IMG/VR virus record: IMGVR_UViG_3300037010_001227
Span: 1-64,000 of that record
Reading direction: 5' to 3' (one strand)
DNA: 64,000 bases
Below are positions 1-7,095 of this stretch, piece after piece (within the stretch, counting starts at the first letter, position 1; the number at the start of each line of letters is the position of its first letter). The notes beneath the pieces are model-generated. The model searched no databases. It was not told the origin of the DNA and worked only from the letters and a program-made list of their open reading frames with translations. The position numbers and the translations under genes were made by a program.

Positions 1-177
1 TAGGTCTGTGACGCCTTTTGCGTATTCTACGTTAGCCTTAATTACTAAAGACAGTGCTGTTAATAAAGACTCATTTGATACTTCTTGTCGTTTGCTAATT
101 AGTGCTTCCTCTTCAAGAGAAGAAGCGACGTCTTGAATATCGGTTGATCTAACCCTAACTACTCTTTTAACGTTCAT
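1..177 (-). CDS. hypothetical protein, runs off the window edge (MNVKRVVRVRSTDIQDVASLEEE...)
   Basis: Manually translated; ATG at 175-177, no stop before base 1; not in ORF track. Confidence 0.55.
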   Translation of the reverse strand, partial: MNVKRVVRVRSTDIQDVASSLEEEALISKRQEVSNESLLTALSLVIKANVEYAKGVTDL

Positions 178-188
178 AAACTGTATTC

Positions 189-350
189 CTATTTAATGTG
201 TTTTTGCATTTGCAATCTATGGACGCGACCGATTTTTATAATTTTAGATAGCTCTACTAAAGATTCCTCTAGCTCTTCACAATACCTTAAAAGTAGTAGC
301 TCTTTGTTAGAATCCGAGGTATTTGCGTCAGTTTTCACTTGCTCACTCAT
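189..350 (-). CDS. hypothetical 53-aa protein (MSEQVKTDANTSDSNKELLLLRYCEELEESLVELSKIIKIGRVHRLQMQKHIK)
   Basis: Manually translated ATG...TAG, fills the gap between co-oriented genes. Confidence 0.55.
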   Translation of the reverse strand: MSEQVKTDANTSDSNKELLLLRYCEELEESLVELSKIIKIGRVHRLQMQKHIK

Positions 351-364
351 GTTACAACATTCTA

Positions 365-643
365 TTAGTTACGTAGTGCGTCTGTTCCAGGAGCTCCAGA
401 TGTTGCAGCAACAAAACCTTGTGCTGTTCCACTTGAACTATGAAGTATGTCAGTTAATGGAACTAAAACTTCAGTAAAAAATACCAAGTATTCAGCAGCC
501 GTGGCAAATATAAGTTTTTGGCCACCAAAAGTAACTTGAATTGGAGCATTTAAAGTGTTTGTTGAAGTATTATAAGAAGTAAATGCAGAACTTTTACTAT
601 CTGAAGAGCTAAATGTAATTTGTTCTACTATAGTCTTAGTCAT
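365..643 (-). CDS. hypothetical protein, possibly virion-associated
   Basis: 92-aa ORF co-oriented with operon; AATTAAGT motif 25 nt upstream. Confidence 0.6.
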   Translation of the reverse strand: MTKTIVEQITFSSSDSKSSAFTSYNTSTNTLNAPIQVTFGGQKLIFATAAEYLVFFTEVLVPLTDILHSSSGTAQGFVAATSGAPGTDALRN

Positions 644-668
644 TGGGCAGTCCGAATTTGTTTATTAA

Positions 669-676
669 ACTTAATT
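669..676 (-). promoter_or_regulatory. candidate late promoter AATTAAGT
   Basis: 25 nt upstream of the ATG at 643. Confidence 0.45.
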
Positions 677-697
677 AGATTTTTAATGAATCTTATC

Positions 698-1171
698 CTA
701 CTTACTATCCTGGTAAAGTCTAATTTTAAGTAAATATCTAAGAGGCTTATTCATTCTATAGGTATCTTTAGCTATTTCGTAAACAACAAATTTTTGATTT
801 AACTGGAGACTATAAAGAACATCACCTAATACAGGTTGTCTACCTAAAAGTTTTTCAATAAGATTAATATTAAAAGAAGCTGTTCCTGTCCTTTCTGCAT
901 TTTGAACAGCTCCAGTATCGCCTAAACTATGTGTAGTATTGGGATCAACATGCAAAAAAGAACGTAATTCTAGAGGCTCTTCATAGTCTGGAGAAGAGAA
1001 GAAATCTCTAAAAATACTGTCGTAATTTTTTTGTTGCGCTTTAAATTTATAATAAAAAACATTGATTCCGAATAACGAAAATTGTTCTACATCTAACGTA
1101 TTAAAAAGATTTAAATCTTTTAATAGAGAAGGATTTCCATCAGTGTAATTGTAGCTTGAAGAACGAAACAT
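698..1171 (-). CDS. neck/head-completion protein, T4 gp14-like
   Basis: LNLFNTLDVEQFSLFGINVFYY and EKLLGRQPVLGDVLY resemble gp14-type neck proteins; gp13-like gene lies 7.7 kb upstream. Confidence 0.6.
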   Translation of the reverse strand: MFRSSSYNYTDGNPSLLKDLNLFNTLDVEQFSLFGINVFYYKFKAQQKNYDSIFRDFFSSPDYEEPLELRSFLHVDPNTTHSLGDTGAVQNAERTGTASFNINLIEKLLGRQPVLGDVLYSLQLNQKFVVYEIAKDTYRMNKPLRYLLKIRLYQDSK

Positions 1172-1172
1172 A

Positions 1173-1682
1173 TTAAGCTCCAGATTTTTTTAATACTTCA
1201 GTATTTTTACTGGAAATAGAAATTTTTTGTTTAACTTCATTGGGAGTTTTCCAACCAAGTTTATGTTGTTTTCCTTTGTAAGCTAATGATAATTTCTTTT
1301 TACTGTCTTCTCTATGTTTGCGTCCAGGTTTATTTAATTTTGCTATTGATTGCTTTAATTTAGTTTCGACAGATCTTTTATTGCCTAAATTAGTATTAGC
1401 CAAAGGTTTACAAGTATATCCATTTTTATAAGAATCATAATTATTACTGGCACGGTGTTCAAAAAATACTAAATCTATTATATTATAGTATAGTAACACT
1501 TTAAAATTAAAATTATCTATTTCATGCTTATTAACAGAATTTTGTAATTTACTGAAACCAGGTTTATTATTTTTTAAATCATATTTATGCTGTCTCCAAT
1601 GATTTTTAATATCTTTAGATGACCCAATATAGACTTTATTAGTGTCTATATTTCGTATTATGTAAATATCACTTTTAAACAC
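1173..1682 (-). CDS. GIY-YIG homing endonuclease with NUMOD3-like repeats
   Basis: DIYIIRN...KVYIGSS, HWRQH, RSVETKLKQS / KHREDSKKKLS motifs; GTG start. Confidence 0.8.
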   Translation of the reverse strand: MFKSDIYIIRNIDTNKVYIGSSKDIKNHWRQHKYDLKNNKPGFSKLQNSVNKHEIDNFNFKVLLYYNIIDLVFFEHRASNNYDSYKNGYTCKPLANTNLGNKRSVETKLKQSIAKLNKPGRKHREDSKKKLSLAYKGKQHKLGWKTPNEVKQKISISSKNTEVLKKSGA

Positions 1683-2057
1683 TTAAACGTTATCCTTTAT
1701 AATTAGTTCCATGGCTCCAGTGATTAGTTTCATTGCTGGGTGGTAATAGTCACCATATTCGCAAGCTGCTAAATCTTCATGTATCTTCACCATTCTAGAT
1801 TCTTTATCATAAAAAATTAAGTTTTTGGCATCATTTTTGAAGTTCTTAACCAAAATCTCAGCTTGATTTTTCTGTATTTCAGGCGTTATTTCTAATCCAT
1901 TATCTGAAAGGTATTCCGCAGCACTACCAAGAAAGTTTTTATATGAGAATGATTCTATAACAGAACTTATTTTGTCATTCATAACTGCAGCCCAAGATTC
2001 TAATAAGTCTTGTTCAAAAAGTTTTAATACTTCGTCATCTATCTCTATTTTATCCAT
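1683..2057 (-). CDS. hypothetical protein (weak resemblance to neck/tail-completion proteins)
   Basis: 124-aa ORF coupled to upstream gene; C-terminal CEYGDYYHPAMKL. Confidence 0.6.
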   Translation of the reverse strand: MDKIEIDDEVLKLFEQDLLESWAAVMNDKISSVIESFSYKNFLGSAAEYLSDNGLEITPEIQKNQAEILVKNFKNDAKNLIFYDKESRMVKIHEDLAACEYGDYYHPAMKLITGAMELIIKDNV

Positions 2058-2491
2058 TAGTAACCTATTTGTTTAACAGTACTAAAATACATCCAAGAAT
2101 TATCATATAAATATTGTTCAATATTATGATTTGTGATATTATAAATTAACATTCCAATTGCAAAAATTTGAATAATTGGTTGTGGAACATCTTCAAAAGC
2201 AAGGCCATATTTACTAGCAGTTGCTCGTGCAATTTGGTTGTTCGTTTGTAAAGCAACAGTATATAGTTTAGCTTTTTCCTTTTCTGTGTATTTAGGAACA
2301 AGATACCGTTTATATGAAGGTAAATTATCGGCGTATGCTAATAAATAAAATTTCTCATCCTCTACTGGAATTATTAACTCTTCGTGTTGATGTGGAGCTT
2401 CTCCTACCCAAACATACTGTGGATTATTATAGTCTACAAAGAAATCGTATGGCACTATTTTATTACAAATAAGATTAGAAAACTCTGACAT
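2057..2491 (-). CDS. hypothetical protein
   Basis: Frame open to 2503; ATG at 2489-2491 is the likelier start. Confidence 0.65.
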   Translation of the reverse strand: MSEFSNLICNKIVPYDFFVDYNNPQYVWVGEAPHQHEELIIPVEDEKFYLLAYADNLPSYKRYLVPKYTEKEKAKLYTVALQTNNQIARATASKYGLAFEDVPQPIIQIFAIGMLIYNITNHNIEQYLYDNSWMYFSTVKQIGY

Positions 2492-2517
2492 ATAAACACC
2501 CAATCAAAATTAATTTT

Positions 2518-2919
2518 ATGAACGTAGATAGCTATAAATCCGCAGTAGCCAAAACTATTAATAACTTAATAGCCAGCTCAAAGAAAGAAACAACTGACGC
2601 CATTGATATGGGTGCCTTCATATCTGCTTGTAAAAAAGAATTTTTAACTTTAAAGATTCCTATTTTCAATATTAAACTATCTGAATATCGAGACAATGTT
2701 ATTGTAATAGAGCTTCCATTTTGCAAATCTTGTGAAATCGCCATTAATAGTGTTGAATTCGGTAAAGAAGATCAAGAAGTTTTACTCTATGTTGACAAGC
2801 ATATAGTTAGACGTATTCGGTTAAAAGCTTATGACGCTAAATATATGAATGAAGTAGCAATGGCCCTTGTAGATTATTTTAAACGCTACTTGTTGTTACA
2901 AAACAAATTTGAACGTTAA
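2518..2919 (+). CDS. hypothetical protein; only credible plus-strand gene in the window
   Basis: 133-aa ORF that overlaps no credible minus-strand gene and ends at a hairpin terminator. Confidence 0.65.
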   Translation: MNVDSYKSAVAKTINNLIASSKKETTDAIDMGAFISACKKEFLTLKIPIFNIKLSEYRDNVIVIELPFCKSCEIAINSVEFGKEDQEVLLYVDKHIVRRIRLKAYDAKYMNEVAMALVDYFKRYLLLQNKFER

Positions 2920-2920
2920 T

Positions 2921-2946
2921 AAAAAGCCCCTAAAACTAGGGGCTTT
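2921..2946. terminator. intrinsic terminator between convergent units; closes the radical SAM operon
   Basis: aaagcccct-aaaact-aggggcttt hairpin; U-tract on minus strand, weaker one on plus. Confidence 0.75.
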
Positions 2947-2964
2947 CGCTTTATAAAATGATTT

Positions 2965-3054
2965 TTATCTTCCAGTGCATGTTCCTGTGCAGGATGAACT
3001 ACAAGTATTACTACACGTAACATTAAGTATACTAATTAATCCTTTAAGGTATAC
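2965..3054 (-). other. start-less CXXX-repeat coding remnant or mini-peptide (VYLKGLISILNVT-CSNT-CSSS-CTGT-CTGR-stop)
   Basis: Manual translation; four Cys at exact 4-residue spacing, ends C-x-G-R-stop like the 7096-8802 protein; no in-frame ATG. Confidence 0.7.
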
Positions 3055-4171
3055 TTAATTTAAGTTCTTTTTCTTTAAGTTTACTTGCAAAATACATCTT
3101 TGCTATTGATATAGCATGAGTCCATCCGCACTGACGTTTTTCATTAACGTATTTTTCCTTATCTTCTACTTCATATATAGCTGCAACACAAGTAGGACAA
3201 GATGCTCTCAGTAAGCAAGTCTGGCACTCTTCTGGCCAAATACGTTTAAAAGTTGTTACCTCATTTAATAGTTTTGTATTTGTAATATTGATAGCATTGT
3301 CACTAAAGGTTCCTAGTTCCATACCAGGTTTATCCATAGTGCAGAATCTATTACAACCATATAATTTACCATCAATTCCTAAACAAGCCATATGAACGCA
3401 AGTTCCACACCACGAATCCTGACTAGAAGACAAAACTGGCATATAAGATTTAATATCTTCTAAAGAATTACCAAATTGAAGTAATTTGACAGTAGATTCT
3501 AGATTATTATTAACAATATAGTCGATAGTTTGTTTTAGTGGTTTAACGATGTCATAGGATAGATCTTTAGTTACAATATCTTCAAAGACTATGTTCCCAG
3601 CAATCTGAGTAAACCCTAATTTAATCAAATTTACCATACCTTCATAATAACTATTAAGATATGTCTCTACTGTGAAGGTTGCTTTTACACTTACATTCTC
3701 TTTGCCTAAAGTCTTAAATAACCAAGGTAAATATTCAATAGCATCTTCATATGAACCAGAACCATCTTTATAGATTCTATATTTATCGTGGTTTTCTTTT
3801 GTTCCATCTACAGAAACCCCAAGAGAAAAATCATTAGTTTTATATTTTTCGATTAAAGCTCTAACTTTAGGATTTTTTAATGTAGTTCCATTTGTAGTTG
3901 TAGATAGGAAAATATGCTTATTAAACTTATGCGACAACTGAAGAGCATATGAAAAAATCTCGTCACAAAGTTCAGGAAACAGAAAAGATTCTCCACCAAT
4001 CAAGTCAATAATAATATGCTTGTTTTCAATAGTTTTGAACTTAATATACATAAATGTCTTGATAGTATCAATGTCATTATGTTTCTGTTCTTTATGCTCA
4101 TAACAATAAGTGCAGTCTAAATTACAGCTTAAATTGGTAAGAATTTGAACTGTGGCTGGAATACCATTCAT
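3044..4171 (-). CDS. radical SAM/SPASM peptide maturase, CXXX-repeat-target type
   Basis: CNLDCTYC, IGGE, TTNG, SVDGTKENHDKYR..GSGSY, SPASM cysteines WCG...GCNRFC...CQTC...SCPTC...QC. Confidence 0.88.
   Translation of the reverse strand: MNGIPATVQILTNLSCNLDCTYCYEHKEQKHNDIDTIKTFMYIKFKTIENKHIIIDLIGGESFLFPELCDEIFSYALQLSHKFNKHIFLSTTTNGTTLKNPKVRALIEKYKTNDFSLGVSVDGTKENHDKYRIYKDGSGSYEDAIEYLPWLFKTLGKENVSVKATFTVETYLNSYYEGMVNLIKLGFTQIAGNIVFEDIVTKDLSYDIVKPLKQTIDYIVNNNLESTVKLLQFGNSLEDIKSYMPVLSSSQDSWCGTCVHMACLGIDGKLYGCNRFCTMDKPGMELGTFSDNAINITNTKLLNEVTTFKRIWPEECQTCLLRASCPTCVAAIYEVEDKEKYVNEKRQCGWTHAISIAKMYFASKLKEKELKLSIP
3053..3060 (-). promoter_or_regulatory. candidate late promoter AATTAAGT
   Basis: Inside the 3' end of the SPASM gene, upstream of the orphan CXXX remnant. 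Confidence 0.3.
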
Positions 4172-5589
4172 TATAACAGTCCCTTATTAAATCGTTTACA
4201 AATATCTAAATAATAATCAAAATCATTTCTGGTGGCAAATAAGTTTTCTTTACCCTCTGCAGCAAATACAATCGTATTTTTATATGTTGGATATAGCTTT
4301 TTCAATTCCATTTCAATTGCTATGACAGCAGTAATATCAAACGTTGCCTTGGTAACTTGTAAATCAATTTGAAAGGGGCACATAAAAATTCTAAATAGTT
4401 CTAAAAAGTCATTTGAAAAGTGCTCATTTGGAGAAATTGATTTTTTAATCTTTTTAGTTGTACTAGTAAGAAGTTCTTTTACTAAATCAAGATTTCTACT
4501 TTGAATAACTGCATTTTTAACTGATTTTGTATCACCATTTAAAGTATCAAAATTAACAATTAACGAAATACCATGATAATTTGTAAAAGCAACCAAAGAT
4601 TTAGTAATAGAATACCCATCAATAATTAAAGATAACTTAGCCATCGGTTGCTGAATTTTAACTGTCTGAATAATGCTTAAAAAATCATGTTCATCAATGA
4701 AATTATCCGAACAATCAAATACGATTTCTTTATATTTGGTTGCCATAGTTGCATTTAGTAATTTAGGATTAGATGCTATTAAGACATATTCTAAAACTAA
4801 TTTTGAGGGTTCCATAGGGTCTCTTCTGAAAGTGTCTACAAATTTTAAAAACTCTGTGTATTGTTCAAACGACATTGCAGTTCTGTATCCTACGCATCCT
4901 GGAAAACCTGGAACTGGTTCACATAGTTTCTCAACAGAGCCATCAGCATTTATAATCATATCTGAATAATCACATTGTTTTGTTGTATGTGTAAATGTCA
5001 ACCATTTAGTGCTTGTAGAATCTATAGTTTTTAAAGCTATTAATTCCTTTTTAATCCAATCTAATGAAATATCGTCAAATTTTTGAGTTACATCTAAAGA
5101 CAATCCAATGTTTGTATTAAATAGGATTCGCAATTGATGTAAGGTGTTACAAAGGTTTTTAGTATTTGGCAATACTATTGTAGACAAGGACAAACTGTTA
5201 ATAGTCTTTAATAACTGGGGCCATTCTTGGTTATCAGTTATAATTTTAGCATCTTCTACAGATTTCTCTCCAGTAATTCCTTGGAGACTAATAATGATAT
5301 GAATATTGTTGGCATTAATCCATGAAATAATCTCTGGTGTTAATAGTCTTCCATTAGTATTTATCGTCTTTTTGGAGTCTAGACTTAAGGAAGATATTAC
5401 CTTTTTTAACTTATCGAAGTCTAAAAAAGGTTCGCCACCAGTTATAACAGCATGTTCATAATATCCAAAAGTACTAATAGACTTTAAAATGGCTTCAATA
5501 TTCTCGCCTTTTTTAGAATCTTCTGTTTTTAAACAGAAAGAACACTGCATATTACAGTGTTCATTCAATTGTATTGTTAATATTGACAT
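4171..5589 (-). CDS. radical SAM protein with a second, motif-less radical SAM-like domain
   Basis: CNMQCSFC, TGGEP, NTNG in N-terminal half; C-terminal half aligns by eye to the same paralog family but lacks CxxxCxxC and GGE. Confidence 0.8.
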   Translation of the reverse strand: MSILTIQLNEHCNMQCSFCLKTEDSKKGENIEAILKSISTFGYYEHAVITGGEPFLDFDKLKKVISSLSLDSKKTINTNGRLLTPEIISWINANNIHIIISLQGITGEKSVEDAKIITDNQEWPQLLKTINSLSLSTIVLPNTKNLCNTLHQLRILFNTNIGLSLDVTQKFDDISLDWIKKELIALKTIDSTSTKWLTFTHTTKQCDYSDMIINADGSVEKLCEPVPGFPGCVGYRTAMSFEQYTEFLKFVDTFRRDPMEPSKLVLEYVLIASNPKLLNATMATKYKEIVFDCSDNFIDEHDFLSIIQTVKIQQPMAKLSLIIDGYSITKSLVAFTNYHGISLIVNFDTLNGDTKSVKNAVIQSRNLDLVKELLTSTTKKIKKSISPNEHFSNDFLELFRIFMCPFQIDLQVTKATFDITAVIAIEMELKKLYPTYKNTIVFAAEGKENLFATRNDFDYYLDICKRFNKGLL

Positions 5590-6263
5590 TATTTACCTGA
5601 AAGAATTTCAGCTCTCTTAGCAAAATAATCGGCCTGTAAAGCTCGTATTCTGGCTTTTTCAGCAATAATAGTAGCTGGAGTATTAGAGTTATTAATATTT
5701 CCTACTGTTAACATAGTTTTTAAATCTTCACCATATTTGTTGCAGATATTTACATCATTAAGAACTAATAGCTGAATGATTTCTGTTAAATAATCAACTT
5801 GAGCTTCTAATGTGGCAATAGACGAATAAGGATCTATTTTATAGGTAATAGTTTCAAATTTTATATCTTGTTTTTTACACTTAAAATCAAACTCTGGTAT
5901 TGTCTTAAGATAGGTAAGAAAATTAGAACATGAGTCAAAACCATGAGGTCCACAATCTAATGTTTCTGCCGTGCCACAATAAATAAACACAAAGATATCA
6001 GAACCTACTCGTAAAATAGTAGCAATATGCATATCATTTAGAGTTTTATCACTCCAAGGGAATGTACGATAGGTTTTATTTGACTCATTATAATGTAAAA
6101 AGACGCCATCAAAAGATTCTTTTAGTGGAGAGCAGTCAAAAGTATATGGTAACGTAGTTTTATAGTGATTAATCACTATAGTAGTATCATTTACTATACT
6201 TACAGAAATTACTCCAGTGTCTGTTAAATAATCAGAATTGGTAACTTTAACTAGTTTTATCAT
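5589..6263 (-). CDS. accessory protein of the radical SAM cassette
   Basis: 224 aa, coupled to neighbours; Cys cluster YCGTAETLDCGPHGFDSC and helical C-terminus. Confidence 0.7.
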   Translation of the reverse strand: MIKLVKVTNSDYLTDTGVISVSIVNDTTIVINHYKTTLPYTFDCSPLKESFDGVFLHYNESNKTYRTFPWSDKTLNDMHIATILRVGSDIFVFIYCGTAETLDCGPHGFDSCSNFLTYLKTIPEFDFKCKKQDIKFETITYKIDPYSSIATLEAQVDYLTEIIQLLVLNDVNICNKYGEDLKTMLTVGNINNSNTPATIIAEKARIRALQADYFAKRAEILSGK

Positions 6264-7089
6264 TATCTTCTTCCAAGTGAATAATTTGCATTTCCTGTTT
6301 AAAATTGTCTATTGTATCTATAAAATAATTAAGCGTTTCCATACTATCAAAACAAACCGCCTCACACTAAATCTCAACAACCATTCCAGCCCTTGACAGG
6401 TCGGTAAGGATAAGGTCTGAAAAGTAAATTAAAACATCGTTGATTACATTCTTTGTGGGCAAGTAAAAACTTTACTGACTTAAATACAGAATAAGGTACT
6501 AGTTTTTGTAATTCTGCTTTTATAAATTCTACATCAGCGGGTTTAAATTTTTTCGTGGAATCTAATGTAAGCTGAAAGGTGGCAGATGGAAACAATAAAG
6601 ACAAATCTTTAAAAGATTCTGTAAAAGTTATAGAAGCAAATACTACTTTCATAAGTTCTACTTGATCTAAATGCCGTATATGATCTATCAGAGAAAGATT
6701 TTGTGTGAGATTAATAGCATTTAATACGGATTTTTCACCTTGTAAAACATCTCTAAAACCTATGGAAAATTTTATTTTATTGTAATTAAAATAATTTACT
6801 AGTTCATTTGTTAGTAAACTACCATTTGTATACACAGACAACATCATAGTTTTTGAATGTTCTCTTACATATGTTATAGCGGGAATAAAAATTCTAAGTC
6901 TTGTAAAGGTTCTCCGCCAGTAAACGATATTACTGTATATAGATGATGTCCAAAGATGTCTTTAAACTTTTCTAACCTATCACTAGTAGATAACCTGTCT
7001 TTTCGCTCTAAAAATTCGCGTCTAGAACAAAAAGAACAGTTCATATTACATAAAAACCTAGTAAAAACAAAAAGATCGTAAACTTTCAT
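6247..7089 (-). pseudogene. radical SAM paralog broken by at least two frameshifts and one in-frame TAG
   Basis: CNMNCSFC and GGEP in 6874-7089; frame switch at a T5 run near 6890 into IPAITYVREHSKTMMLSVYTNG; second switch near 6420; TAG at 6367-6369; tail ends 6247. Confidence 0.75.
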
Positions 7090-7095
7090 AAGTTA

